Program-made: the position numbers and the translations under genes
The notes under the pieces: model-generated
What the model saw: only the letters and a program-made list of their open reading frames with translations
The model's database searches: none
What the model was told of the DNA's origin: nothing
From: Eledone cirrhosa
Lineage: Eukaryota
Assembly (NCBI GenBank): GCA_964016885.1
Contig: OZ024743.1
Coordinates: 267,964,001-268,028,000 of the forward strand
DNA length: 64,000 bases
Direction: 5' to 3'
In this document: positions 46,783 through 61,760 of the stretch, in pieces
Layout: each line of letters opens with the position of its first letter
How positions within the stretch are numbered: position 1 is the first letter of the stretch

Positions 46783-46790
<8 letters not shown>
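46229..46790 (-). mobile_element. Family D non-coding 438-nt unit with ~120-bp terminal redundancy and HHR (46504-46546)
   Basis: agttgtaataaaatgaaaacg at 46231 and 46669. acggtg-CTGATGA-tagctaacaaactt-GAAA-ctag-TA-catcgt. Related sequence at 50390-50447 and ~52549-52865. Confidence 0.8.
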
Positions 46791-46866
<76 letters not shown>

Positions 46867-46870
<4 letters not shown>

Positions 46871-47484
46871 AAAGAATAGAGGTGTAACACACAAGTTATT
46901 ATATATTGGTAAACGGAATAGAAAATGGTGACAAATTGTTCACAGTTGAAAAATGGTTTAATTAGGAATAAAAGAGTATTAGTGATTGTATGGGTTAGTA
47001 TTCAGTTGTGGTTTTCAGTTTTTAAGTTTTTACCGGTTGCGCATTTCTAAATGCTTTTCAAAAATAATTTTGAGATAGAGTGTCCGTGCTGTTTGCTCTG
47101 ATCTGATTAGTTTTGGGAATTCTACCTGTTTTTATGTTAAAAAAGTGGCTCCAGCGTTACTTTGGTGTTGCAAAAATTCTTGTGGTCAAAACAATTTTGA
47201 TTGGTCGGTAGAGGTCATGTGAATGTAAAAAATTGATTTTGCGCCAAGACTCTTTTTATGTTAAAAAAAGTGGCTCCAGCAAAAATTCTTGTGGTCAAAA
47301 CAATTTTGATTGGTAGGTAGAGGTCATGTGAATAAAAAATTGGTTTTGCGCCAAGACTGAGAAATGACTCTTTCACAACAAATGTGTGTGTGTGGGGCGG
47401 GGGGGGGTGTAATAGTAGTAGTAGTAAGGTGTTCGATGTTGTGATAATGGTTAGCAGCGATGTGTGTCAAATGGCTATTAAGAT

Positions 47485-47525
<41 letters not shown>

Positions 47526-47902
47526 GCAGAGTAATTCGTGGTGGCAGGGATGGTCAGTAAGAATGTGTCTGAAAGCAATGGGGGGTATTTTAGCATGTCA
47601 AAAGATATTTTTCAGCTTTTGTCTTATACGGAGAAGTGCGTGTGTGTGTGTGTGTGTATATATAAGTCTGTTTGTATGTTGATGTACGCGTGTGTATGTG
47701 TGTGTGTATATATGTGTGTGTGTGTGTGTGTATGTGTGTGTGTGTGTTTGTGTGGGTGGACCAGTATTTGTTTCCCCCTGGTAAAATGGTGTACATTATT
47801 TAATTTTTTCAGTAAAATCGGTTCTCTTAATAGAACATCAAAAATCTTAACAATAAAAGGTGTGAAATGATATTCACTATATATATATACACATACATAT
47901 AT

Positions 47903-47944
<42 letters not shown>

Positions 47945-49208
47945 TACATATATATACATATATATATGCACATATATTTTTTTGTGTTGCACCATAGAGC
48001 ATGTGTGTTTACGTATGTCATTGTGTTTATATGTGGGTAGAGATGTGTGCTGATGTAGGTATGTATGTTGACGTGTGAATGTTGTGGGTTCGTCTTAGGG
48101 AGAAGTGTTTAGACGGGGTCCGTATTTGTTAATGAAGTAAGATTCCTTGCTGATGCGCTGGGTGTGGGTGGCATTATCTTTAAATTTGTAGAGGGGAAAG
48201 ATTCTGAAGTTGGGATGATTTTGGGTGGCACAGGTATCAATGTGTTCACTCAGTGGTATTTTCCTGTATTCCCGTATTTTGATTTGGGATCTATGGACAG
48301 TCATGCGTTGGCGGAGGCTGTTTTTGGTCTGGCCTATGTATTGTTCTCGACAACCTGAACAAGTTAATACATATATTAGATTTTCCGATGCACATGTGAA
48401 ATTGTGTTTTACTATAAAACGTTGTCCAGAATTCCGAACCCTCTATTAGGTTGATGCAAATGCCACAGTTGGGTCTATCGCATTTTTTTACTGTGGGTTT
48501 CGTTGTTGTGGTTGGCAGTACTTTGGCATGTGTTAAGATGTTTTTCATTGACTTGGATTGTCTTTTGCTCTTTATGATATCGTGTGTTCGTAGAATTTGG
48601 TTGATTCTATGGTCCTTTTTCAATACAGGGATGTTCTGGAGGATGGTGTCAAAGGCCTCATTGTTGAGGGGTTGTGTGTGGAGATGTATGGAAGAGCTTT
48701 TAGTTTTGGTTGATTTACTTTAGGGTGTCTAAGGTCCTGGGTACTGAGTTTTAGGGCACGTTGGATTCTAATATACGTATTTATTAACTTGTTCAGGTTG
48801 TCGAGAACAATACATAGGCCAGACCAAAAACAGCCTCCGCCAACGCATGACTGTCCATAGATCCCAAATCAAAATACGTGAATACAGGAAAATACCACTG
48901 AGTGAACACATTGATACCTGTGCCGCCCAAAATCATCCCAACTTCAGAATCTTTCCCCTCTACAAATTTAAAGATAATGCCACCCACACCCAGCGCATCA
49001 GCAAGGAATCTTACTTCATTAACAAATACGGACCCCGTCTAAACACTTCTCCCTAAGACGAACCCACAACATACACACGTCAACATAGATACCTACATCA
49101 GCACACATCTCTACCCACATATAAACACAATGACATACGTAAACACACATGCTCTATGGTGCAACACAAAAAAATATATGTGCATATATATATATGTATA
49201 TATATGTA

Positions 49209-49290
<82 letters not shown>

Positions 49291-49646
49291 ATATATGTAT
49301 GTGTATATATATATATAGTGAATATCATTTCACACCTTTTATTAAGATTTTTTATGTTCTATTAAGAGAACCGATTTTACTGAAAAAATCGAATAATGTA
49401 CACCATTTTACCAGGGGGAAAAATACTGGTCCACCCACACACACACACACATACACACACACACACTCATATATACACACACACATACACACGCGTACAT
49501 CAACATACAAAGAGACTTATATATACACACACACACTTCTCCGTGTAAGACAAAAGCTGAAAAATATCTTTTGACATGCTAAAATACCCCCCATTGCTTT
49601 CAGACACATTCTTACTGACCATCCCTGCCACCACGAATTACTCTGC

Positions 49647-49702
<56 letters not shown>

Positions 49703-50336
49703 CACACACACTTATCTTAATAGCCATTTGACACACATCGCTGCTAACCATTATCACAACATCGAAAACCTTACTACTACTACTACACACACACACACAC
49801 ACACACACGCACACCCCCACACCCCCCACACACCCACACACACACACACACACATATTTGTTGTGAAAGAGTCATTTCTCAATCTTGCCGCAAAACCAAT
49901 TTTGTATTCACATGACCTCTACCGACCAATCAAAATTGTTTTGACCACAAGAATTTTTGCTGGAGCCACTTTTTTTAACATAAAAAGAGTCTTGGGGCAA
50001 AATCAATTTTTTACATTCACATGACCTCTACCGACCAATCAAAATTGTTTTGACCACAAGAATTTTTGCAACACCAAAGTAACGCTGGAGCCACTTTTTT
50101 AACATAAAAACAGGTAGAATTCCCAAAACTAATCAGATCAGAGCAAACAGCACGGACACTCTATCTCAAAATTATTTTTGAAAAGCATTTAGAAATGCGC
50201 AACCGGTAAAAACTTAAAAACTGAAAACCACAACTGAATACTAACCCATACAATCACTAATACTCTTTTATTCCTAATTAAACCATTTTTCAACTGTGAA
50301 CAATTTGTCACCATTTTCTATTCCGTTTACCAATAT

Positions 50337-50338
<2 letters not shown>
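46867..50338. mobile_element. Fold-back Penelope-like element (Neptune-type GIY-YIG C-terminus) with ~1.5-kb inverted arms
   Basis: Arms ~46901-48380 / ~48768-50338, ~34-bp one-sided tail 46867-46900. Coding CDRPNCGIC..CSGCREQYIGQTKNSLRQRMTVHRSQIK..LSEHIDTC..KESYFINKYGPRLN. TTGAAAA-gcatt taga aatgc-GCAA-ccgg-TA motif at 50178-50208. Confidence 0.9.
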
Positions 50339-50393
<55 letters not shown>

Positions 50394-50446
50394 TGCTACT
50401 GTACGTCTGTATACATATATGTATGTACGTATACATACATACTTGC

Positions 50447-50477
<31 letters not shown>

Positions 50478-50594
50478 TATATTTATATATATATATATAT
50501 ATTTATTTATATATACATATATATATTTATTTATATATATATATATATAGATATATTTATATATATATTTATTTATATATATATATATTTATTT

Positions 50595-50651
<57 letters not shown>

Positions 50652-50663
50652 TATAAATAAATA

Positions 50664-50713
<50 letters not shown>

Positions 50714-50725
50714 TATAAATAAATA

Positions 50726-50853
<128 letters not shown>

Positions 50854-50867
50854 TATATTTATTTATA

Positions 50868-50917
<50 letters not shown>

Positions 50918-50929
50918 TATTTATTTATA

Positions 50930-50990
<61 letters not shown>

Positions 50991-51033
50991 AAATAAATAT
51001 ATATATATATAAATAAATATATATATAAATATA

Positions 51034-51069
<36 letters not shown>

Positions 51070-51089
51070 ATAAATATACACATATATAC

Positions 51090-51277
<188 letters not shown>

Positions 51278-51295
51278 TTTTATATTTAAATATAT

Positions 51296-51942
51296 ATGTA
51301 GGAGGTGAGTTTTATTGTAGTACAATAAAGCAATGCAGATATCGGATAAGAAGCACTCTACAGTTTGTAGGACTGGAGTATACATAATATATAAGAACAA
51401 AAGATGGTTAAAGGAGTTCCATGTATTTTATTATGCGCATTTCAAAAACAAATATCATCATGCAATAATATTTGTGTTTTCTTCGCACATATTTTTCTCT
51501 TCGTTAATTTTCAAATTCTTTTAATTCATACATTATCTTCCAACGGTTTTCAACCTCTCTATGTAAAACAATATATCTTTCTCAGTTATAAAAACTATCT
51601 CTCTCTCTCTATCACCCATCTCTCCTTCTATCTCATGCTTCCTCACTATACTCCTCCTTCTCCACCTTCACTCTAATCTCCTTCTCTTCTTTTTTTTCAT
51701 CCTTTCCACCCCACCCCCCTCTCAATAAAATATTTTTCCCAATATTACACATCAATCTAAAACTACTTCTCATATGTTGATTTAAAACTGAACTATCCAC
51801 AAGTGTTTTTTAACCTTCATATCACGTCCTCCTGTTTTATCTGATGAAAACACAAATCTTATTGCATGATGATATTTGTTTTTGAAATGCGCATAATAAA
51901 ATACATGGAACTCCTTTAACCATCTTTTGTTCTCATATATTA
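51296..51942. mobile_element. Fold-back cassette (family A-related) with intact HHR 51833-51903 (+)
   Basis: Arms ~51386-51482 / ~51845-51942, tail 51296-51385. tgttttat-CTGATGA-aaacacaaat..atttgttttt-GAAA-tgcgca-TA-ataaaata. Confidence 0.85.
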
Positions 51943-51994
51943 TATATATATATATATATTTTTATATTTAAATATATATATATACATATATATT

Positions 51995-52055
<61 letters not shown>

Positions 52056-52057
<2 letters not shown>

Positions 52058-52255
52058 CGAAGGAAATGTGGTAAGGAACCAGGTGGACCATAACGCACCA
52101 AAGTACTCAATACTTGAGGTAGTAGAGTGGGTAATAGGAACCAGTAAGACCCCGACAGCTGAGCTCAAGCCGTTTCGACGGCTAATTCTGGACTAATTCA
52201 GTCCAGAATTAGCCGTCGAAACGGCTTGAGCTCAGCTGTCGGGGTCTTACTGGTT

Positions 52256-52260
<5 letters not shown>
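52056..52260. mobile_element. Family G fold-back cassette (perfect 61-bp arms, 5-nt loop, 78-bp tail)
   Basis: Arms 52134-52194/52200-52260. Contains the HHR 3' half GAAA-cggct tgagctc agctg-TC-ggggt. Homologous to the PLE 3' end at 31742-31930. Confidence 0.9.
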
Positions 52261-52339
<79 letters not shown>

Positions 52340-52392
52340 TATGTATACGTACATACATATATATGTATATATATATATACATATATATATAT

Positions 52393-52464
<72 letters not shown>

Positions 52465-52514
52465 ATATATATACATATACATTTACACACATATATATAT
52501 ATATATATATATAC

Positions 52515-52549
<35 letters not shown>

Positions 52550-52758
52550 AGTGTGTATACGTACATATATATATATATGTATACAGACGTACAGTAGTAT
52601 GTATATATATATACATACATGCACACCTATATATATGTACGTATGTATTTACCGAACATTTATTATAATGCTTGGTTTGTTTGTAAACAAACATCCCGAA
52701 TTAAGCCGTAGAGTGTTTTGCAACCATCGTTGCCCTTTTGTTCAACACTGACAAAGGA

Positions 52759-52800
52759 CCGATGTACTAGTTTCAAGCTTATTAGCTCTCGTCAGCACCG
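52759..52800 (-). ncRNA. Family D hammerhead motif
   Basis: cggtg-CTGACGA-gagct aata agctt-GAAA(a)-ctag-TA-catcg. Confidence 0.7.
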
Positions 52801-52966
52801 TATACCTTCCTTCCAGATGATTGAACGTCTGAAATTATATACTTTCCTTATGCATATTTACGGCTGTGGTGACAGTCACCTTTTCAATTTTCAACTGTGG
52901 TTTACAATTTTCAACTGTGGTTTCAACACAGTTGAAAATTGCAAACTTGACTGTCACCACAGAATA

Positions 52967-53005
52967 TGAACCTGAAGATTGCGAAAGCATGAAAGTACTT
53001 GTTCA
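52967..53005 (+). ncRNA. Minimal type I hammerhead, intact core
   Basis: tgaac-CTGAAGA-ttgc gaaa gcat-GAAA-gtac-TT-gttca; palindromic AGTACT; preceded by an inverted repeat at 52864-52962. Confidence 0.85.
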
Positions 53006-53152
53006 ATTAACACTTAACATTTAATATTCTACCATACTATTTCATTCTAATAGCATTATACATGTTAAAGGATTGTAAATAAAACGAGTAAATCAGACAA
53101 AGTTGGAATTCCTTTTATTAATATAATCTTCTATATACAATCATACATACCC

Positions 53153-53188
<36 letters not shown>

Positions 53189-53192
<4 letters not shown>

Positions 53193-53937
53193 TATTAATA
53201 ATGAGTTCAAAACTCAGGCAGTCCTTTACAATGAAATAGCTCAAAGAAAGAAGTATTTCTGAGCCGTGTAATACAAGTTAATTATAATTAATATATTTGC
53301 TAAACACAAATACCAACATATCTGTGTTTGTATTGCAAATGACTAAGTTAGCTAGATTGAAAAATACTAATTATAATAATACAGTTTGTCTGTCTCGATT
53401 TAAAATAATAAATCAATAAAAACAAAGCATATTGGCAAATGGCCGTGGTGGACTGCCTGAGTTTTCAACTCATTATTAATAGTATCACTGCTCCTTATTG
53501 TAGAGCTAACTTTAGCCCCATATAAACGGCTGTTATTTCTAGCAGCACGATTATGCGGCAGCTAGACACTGAAAAACCATGTGCGTTAAACAGTCTTTTT
53601 AAATATTTTTGAAGTGAAACATACCAATGTTTCTAGTGCTTGCTGAGGAGATCTAAATGCGGTATTTTTTCACTTTTTCATTTTTCGAAACTTATTTAGA
53701 TTTTAAGGTTTGAACCTGTCTACGGAACAGGTTTGATTTTGAAATTTAAATTTGTCCAAGCACCACGGCAATTTGCCAATATGCTTTGTTTTTATTGATT
53801 TATTAGTTTAATCGAGACAGACAAACTGTATTTTTATAATTAGTATTTTTCAATCTAGCTAACTTAGTCATTTGCAATACAAACACAGATATGTTGGTAT
53901 TTGTGTTTATCAAATATATTAATTTATATTAACTTGT
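53189..53937. mobile_element. Family H fold-back copy
   Basis: 53189-~53450 in the same orientation as the 30363 copy, then an inverted copy ~53450-53937 that crosses the unit junction; CTGAGGA core at ~53643. Confidence 0.8.
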
Positions 53938-53938
53938 A

Positions 53939-54008
<70 letters not shown>

Positions 54009-54924
54009 TAAATATATATAAACGAGAATATGTTTGTCCGTGTATGCAAATGTTGTTGCAAATATGAGAGTGCATATATGCATGCTTAATTTAAGACGAT
54101 GCACATAAAAACTGATAACGTGCAGCCGTACCATTAGAAAGTGCGATTTCAACTGACTGGAATTATCACGTGATCAACAAGCGCTATATTTCTTCCACTG
54201 TGAATATGAAATTTCCTAGATACAGAGAGCAAGGCCAAAATGAAGCATTGCTACTGCCACCTCTAATAAGAGCTGCACCACCTACAACACGTCGATGAAA
54301 GACCAGACCTGCAACACCACTACGTTTTCGATTTAGGCCATTACCACAACCTCCTCAATGACATACCTTACTGCCACTACAATAAAGCACACCATTATCA
54401 CTGGCAGCATCCCCAACACGATCGTCTCCTCCAATACCATCACTTCAAGCACCAACTCTAACACCACCAACACAACTTCATTGAACACCGTCACAAACAT
54501 CATCGCCATCACCATCACCACCATTTAAACCAACACTAAATACACCTCTCCATTACACACTATGACCACCATCAAAAACGGGAACGACAACAGCAACAAG
54601 AACACTAAATCTCCCCCATCACAACCTCATAGTCGTTCGTTTCGCAATGACAAGGTTCTGGTTTCGAATTAAAAACGATCCCCAGATCTATGCAAGACGG
54701 AAGCTGTATGAATATTATATCATATCTTGTGTCACACACATTGTAGCCGAGGATTATGTACAGGTATCAGTGTAACACAAAGCCTTACATACGTTAATAC
54801 GATAAATCGAAAAAGTGAATATACATCCTGGACACTAATGAAGATCCATGTGCTTTATTATTGATAATTTTGATGGCAGTTACACCATTATTGAAATTCG
54901 TTTTACAGTAATTATGGTTGTTGC

Positions 54925-55080
54925 TAGTGCCGGATCTACCATTGTGCTTACGCACAGAGCCCCGTTGGCCAGTAGGGCCCATCTTCCTGCCAAAAATATT
55001 GATTACCTCCTTCAGAGCCCAAGTAAGGGGCCTCATCACTTAACCAGTACAGGGCCTCATTTGACATCACCCCGGCACTG
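54925..55080. mobile_element. 156-bp hAT-type MITE
   Basis: TIRs tagtgccgg / ccggcactg; 8-bp TSD gttgttgc (54917-54924, 55081-55088). Confidence 0.75.
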
Positions 55081-55508
55081 GTTGTTGCTATTCCTTACAT
55101 ATAGTGTTGCTAGTGTAGTTATTGTTTAGTCCAAGGTCAATGCTGACAAAAGAGATTCAGGATAAAAAATTTTCTAAATTTGCTAGAAAAAAAAATTAAT
55201 CTTCATTACTGGATTATCAAAAGTATGGAATGTAGTGTTTCTATGTCTAAAGGGCAAGTAACCGTGATGAGTTTATCGCGAGATTTATTTCGTGGTGATG
55301 TTGGTGATGCTAGTGGAGGCATTGTTTACTGTTCTGGTTATGATTATTGTTGGTGTTATTGTAGATTTGAGAACTGTATTGTTGTCTCGGGTGATTACAT
55401 TGTTAAAAGATTTGTTATATAATGTGAGTAGCTATTTTCTATCTATCCATACACACACACACACATACATGAATATATATATGTGTATGTATATATATAT
55501 ATATATAT

Positions 55509-55562
55509 ATTGTTGATGATCACCACGGTATATATATATATACCGTCGTGATCATCAACAAT
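55509..55562. repeat. 54-bp palindrome centred on (TA)7
   Basis: attgttgatgatcaccacgg-(ta)n-ccgtcgtgatcatcaacaat, 1 mismatch. Confidence 0.9.
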
Positions 55563-55596
55563 TGAGTCAGTAGTAGTAGTGGTGGTGGTGGTGGTG

Positions 55597-55660
<64 letters not shown>

Positions 55661-56197
55661 CAGCAGCAGCAGCTGCAGCAACAGTGGTACAGCAAGTAAT
55701 ATGTGAGGTTTTTGAGGGTTTGTACTAAAGAGACACGTTTGTTGGGGAGTGGGGTAAATCCTGAACAAAATTCTGGTGAGTCTAGTAAAGTTAAATTGAT
55801 AGACAAATATAGTCACTGAGTGTGAGAAAGAGCATGTATGTGTATGGAGAGACTGTATGATTTAACATGAGAAAATGCCTGAGATGTGTGTAGAAGAGAG
55901 GAAGAGAAGGACAGAGTGAGAAAGAGAGGAGAATTAAATAAAGAAATCAAGGAGAGTGAGATACTAAGGTAAAGTGAAACTGTAGAAGGAGGTATAAACT
56001 GAGAAAAACGTTGTTTTAGAAAGAGAGACACAGTAAAAGAGATCGAGAAAGATTAAAGAAAACAGAGGTAAATATAATGTGAAAAATGTTCTTAGACAAT
56101 GATGGAGGATGTCTACGAAGACTAAAATATCTCTTTTTACATATTCTCTTGAAAAGGATAGTAATATCAGCGAAATTTACTGAATGGGAAGCCTGGG

Positions 56198-56245
<48 letters not shown>

Positions 56246-56262
56246 AGTGTGTATGTGTGTAC

Positions 56263-56406
<144 letters not shown>

Positions 56407-56964
56407 AGGTATATATGTGAGTCTCTTGCAGAGACGCAGAAATATAGATATATAGAAAAATAGATAGAGAATGAGTAAGAAAAAGGAGAGAGAGGGGGAG
56501 AGAGCGAAATAGATGATGGAATAATTAAATAAATTCTATAGAGTAATTAAAAGTGGAGTTCTAAAATTATACACACGAAGAGAAGGAAAGAAAGTGACAG
56601 TCGACTCTGGGGAATTGGAAGTTTGGGAGAATATTTCAGAGAGGTGCCGAAAATGATTTAGAGAGATAGAAACATAGAAAGAGAGAGAAAATTAAAGAGA
56701 GAGAGAGGGTGGAGGGAGAGCGAGAGAGAGAGAGAGGAAGTAAGGGAGAAATAAAGAGTGAATGGGAAAGAAAGAGATAGGCGCTGTATATGTATAAACG
56801 AGAGAAGTGTCTAGAATAGAAATGCAAAACAGGGAGATAGGACTCTGATCGTAGAAAAATTGCTCAATGAGGGAAAGTTCGTAAGAGATATGACAATAGA
56901 ATGAGAAAAAGAAACAAAGAGTTATACATACATATACGCATTCACACACACATATATATGTATA

Positions 56965-57162
<198 letters not shown>

Positions 57163-57600
57163 GTCTGTTTGCGTATATATGTATATATATATAGAGAGAG
57201 AGAGTGAGAAATGGGATAGAGAGAGGGGGGAGAGAGAAAACAAGCAAAAAACAAAATGAAAAGAGAAAGGGCAATGAAAATATAGAGAGTGTGATTATGA
57301 GAGAAGGAGCTAATACATTGCCACCATGATGGATTATGGAAGGACATGATCTTCAAATTAATTTCCCCAAATGTGAAAAAAAGCGTTGTGAAATCAACAT
57401 CAAGAATAACAATAAAAATAGAAAAAAAAAGATTGCCTTAAATATAAACAAAAACGACAAATAATAAACCAACAACAATACCAACAAGAATAACAAAAAA
57501 CCTAGCAACAATAATAATAATTAATATTGTTATTTCATTATAAATTTTAGTATTAACATTATTCTTTTTATTGTTATTGCTATTTTTATTAATATTATCG

Positions 57601-57650
<50 letters not shown>

Positions 57651-57666
57651 GATGTTGTGGTTGTTG

Positions 57667-57698
<32 letters not shown>

Positions 57699-59024
57699 GG
57701 TGGTGGTGGTGGTGTTTTTTGTCATTGTTGTTATTATTATTATTATTATTATATTATTATTATTAATATTATTATTATTATTATTGTTATTGTTGTTGTT
57801 ATCATTATTAATGTTATTATAGTAGCAAGAAAACCCCTATAATAATCATAAAGAAACAAAAAGAAAACGTACGAAATAAATGTAAATAACAAAAAGCAAA
57901 AGATTAATAATGAAAATAATTTTTTTTTAAATTACTTAAAATGGCGCTTTTGTTGTTTGTACTTCTATATTACTTTTGCTGTTGTCGTAGTTGGGTCTGT
58001 GAGGAGGATAGTGTTGCTGGTGCTGCTATTGATATCGTTGATGTTTTTTTTTATCTTGGTACTGTGGTAGTAAAACCTGGTTTCTTGTTTTTGTTGTTGC
58101 TGGAGTAGATTCTCGTTGATTTTCGTTATTTTTGCTGCAGCTGCTGTTGCTGCTGTTGTTGCTGTTGATAATATTGTTCTTTTTAGTCTTTTAGTTGTTG
58201 TTGTTGCTGTTGTAAACCCTAACAGAGTGTGTGCCTTGCTGTTGATAATGCATTTGTTTTTGATGCTGTCGTTTTTGTTATTGATGTAGTTGCTGTTGAG
58301 TTTGTCTTGTTAAAGATGGTAGTGAAGTTTAGTTTATTGTTGGTGTTGTTTCTGCTATGATGGAGGTATTATTGCCATCGTCTCTTTGGTGATTGTTGTA
58401 AACCCTAACATAGTATTTTGTTGTTGATATTGTATTTAGTTTTGATGGTTTTTTTTCCAGTTTTGTCTTCGGTCTCATGTTAGTAAAGCTGGGTTTATGG
58501 TTGCAGTTCTTTTTGCTGCTGCTGATGTCGCGATTATTGTCATCGTCTATTTCCTTGTTCTCATCATAAACTTTAAAAAGAAGGTGCCTTGCTGTTGATA
58601 TTGTTTTTGTTATTGTTGTTGTGTTTGATGATGATGATTTTATGTTCGTCCTGATGGTATGAGACCTAGTGTTATCGCTTTTGTTAATAAAATACTGTTA
58701 TTCTCGTCATTTTCCTGATTGTTATAAACGCTACCTCATTGTATATTTGCTATTGCACTTATCGTGTATACTGTTGTTATTGTGTCGATCGGGTTATCCT
58801 AGTTTTTGCCTTCGTATTGATGTTTTTGGCAATAGTATTGTCTTTGTTGATAATATCATTATTAATATACTGTTAAAGCTGCAATTTGGGGGGTTGTAGT
58901 AAACGCTAACACAGTATATCTTTGTTGTTGCACGTGCTATTGGCGATGCTTTTTTATGTTATGTCTTGGCATTGAGTGAAGTAGAGAATTGACGGTGTTT
59001 TCTGTTATTATTACAATAATATCT

Positions 59025-59465
59025 AGGGTGTTGGGTTGGCACTCCCTGTAGAGCATTAGCCAAATGCTATGTAGTACTTATTTACCACTTTCTACGTTCC
59101 TGGGTCACTATGCATTTCATGTTTTCTAGGCCCATAAAAGAAAGTAACAGTAAAGTACTAGCATCGGTATAATTGACTTTCTATTTCTCCAAAACTGCTG
59201 GCCTTGTGCCAATATTAAAAAGAAAGAATTATTGATATATTTTCCGGCATGGAAACACAGATAAATTCAGGGTGATGTATTGGCAGTATACCCGAAAATA
59301 TGCTTTGTTGTATTTAATTACAAATTTCGTTCTGGGTTCAAATCCCACCGAGTTCAACTTTGCCTTCCATCTTTGCAAGCGTCAATCAAATTAAGTACAA
59401 ATTCGATATAATCACTTTTCCTTCGCCCCACCCCCAAAATACTCACCTTGTTCCTATATGAGAAA
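59025..59465 (+). mobile_element. Two old, diverged SINE copies
   Basis: Residual motifs gggttcaaatcccaccgagttcaactttgccttccatc and ctgctggccttgtgccaa. Confidence 0.6.
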
Positions 59466-59677
59466 CTATCAAAATACTATTATTGACACCATTTTTGAGG
59501 CTGATGTGAACGTTATGGCAATGTGTCAATAGTATTTGTCATTGATATACAGCTTATTACCCTTGTTACTTTTACTTAGTAATCACTACAATGGAACTTA
59601 CTGTTGTGATTGTTATTCCTGCTCTTGTAGTTGCGATTGTTATTACTGTTATAGAAGATTTGATTATTATTATTGTA

Positions 59678-60090
59678 GGGCGGTGGATTGACAGTATCGG
59701 TAGAGAGTCGGACATCAAGCTTTACAGCATAGAGTTACGGTGCTTTACGGTCTAAGTTCAAATCCCGCCGAGGTTAACTTTGCCTTTCATCCTTACGGGG
59801 TCGATAAAATAAAGTACCAGTCACGCACTGGGGTCGATTTAATCGACTTTCCCCTCCCCCAAAATTGCTGACCTTGTGCCTATATACCAAAACATTATTG
59901 TAGGGCGGTGGATTGGCAGTATCGGTAGAGTGTCGGACGACGCCATGCTTTGCAGCAAACAGTTACAGCCCATTATGGTCTGAGTTCAAATCCCGCCGAG
60001 GTTAACTTTACATTTCATCCTTACAGGATCGATAAAATAAAGTACCAGTAATGCACTGGGTATTTGCTGGCCTTCTGACAAAGTAGAAAC
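59678..60090 (+). mobile_element. Two tandem tRNA-derived SINEs
   Basis: Two consensus copies, each preceded by attattgtagggcggtggattg; the first is a longer variant containing ggggtcgatttaatcgact. Confidence 0.9.
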
Positions 60091-60353
60091 GAGTATTGCT
60101 GCTGTGATTGTTATTGTTGTGATTATTGTTTCTTCTGCTGTTTTGATAGTTATTATTTTTAGTGTTTTTTGTGGTTATGATTCTTTAACTACAGGTCAGA
60201 TATGGTCAATCCCAGAGTGGTATTTTCCCCCTGCAATAATATAATACCTTATTTGATTCTGTCATACAATATGTCGTATTTTAAAACGAATATTCCATGA
60301 CTTGAATACGACGTCGATGTTTCCTTCTTGGCTCTGGTTATATTACTAGTGGA

Positions 60354-60455
<102 letters not shown>

Positions 60456-61303
60456 GGATGTATTACTACTTGTCTTATGCTTGTAGAACACAAAGTATAC
60501 TTGTAGATGGAAGCATTCTATTTGTGACGTTCTAGACATTTTAGATTTATCTGCAGTTATATTATCTAATACAGTATTTCTTTTTAATTGGTGGCTGTGT
60601 ATAACTTGGGGAAGGACTGGCTGTTATTTCTAGCAGTTTGATTGACGATATTCAGATTTAGATTTGGCTATTTAGGTGAACGTAATGTTCGCGTTCTGTT
60701 TTGTGCCTTGTGACTGATGTTGACATTGATGTTGTTTAGCCAGCAATCAGTCATGATCTATCAGATCAAAGAAATTCAAACTCTGATCATGTCATTTTTT
60801 GTTGCTTTTTTTTTAGATACACTATATCAAAGACAACGCTATCCATTATTTATTTATTTATTCAGACAGGAGGGTGTGATTCTAGGCAAATTGCTTGCTA
60901 TTTCTAGCAGTTCAAGTTACTGCGTAGGAACCCACATCTTAGCTCATTGACTAAAAGTAGTAGTAAATATATGATAGAGACGTTTCTAGCTGGGAAATAA
61001 AGAAAAGGATTCCGTTTTAACGGTGATCGAGCAGGTGGCAGTCGCTTTCAAGAAGAGGAAGAAATATTGTACGAAGGAAACCGGTTCCTTCATCATAAAA
61101 TGAACATTTTTAGATTGGTATAATTGTCGTCCATGTCTATGTCCATTCAGTCGGTTTTATTTTGAATTATAATGCATTTGATAAATGGCATGGTATGACG
61201 TGAGGGTTATTTCGCTGGTATTTTTAACAGGGAAAGCGTCCAAGTATAAGCGTTCACACTGACTCGTGTTATTTTTATCATTGTCTTTGTAATATTAATC
61301 TTG

Positions 61304-61423
61304 ATCTGAGTTAAAATCCCGCCGAGGTTAACTTTGCCTTTAATCTTACGGGGTCGATAAAATAAAGTACCAGTAATGCACTGCGATAATTGCTGGCCTT
61401 GTGTCAAAAGCAGACACAATTAT
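61304..61423 (+). mobile_element. 5'-truncated SINE
   Basis: B box remnant, core and tail. Confidence 0.85.
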
Positions 61424-61522
61424 TAATCTTGTTCTCTTTATTGATGTGGGATGATTAACAATAGGAAGTGGATGGTGGTAATGATGATGTTTAAAACACA
61501 GGGCGATAACGATTTTAACGTT

Positions 61523-61714
61523 AATGATGATGATGATGATCATGATGATGATGATGATGAAGATAATAATGATGATGATGATGACGATGATGATTGTCAT
61601 GATGACGATGATGATGATAATGATGATGATGATGATGATGACGATGATGGAGATTGTCATGATGATGAAGATAATAATGATGATGATGATGACGATGATG
61701 ATTGTCATGATGAC

Positions 61715-61757
<43 letters not shown>

Positions 61758-61760
61758 GTG
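61523..61760. repeat. (GAT)n degenerate trinucleotide tract
   Basis: Seen directly. Confidence 0.95.
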
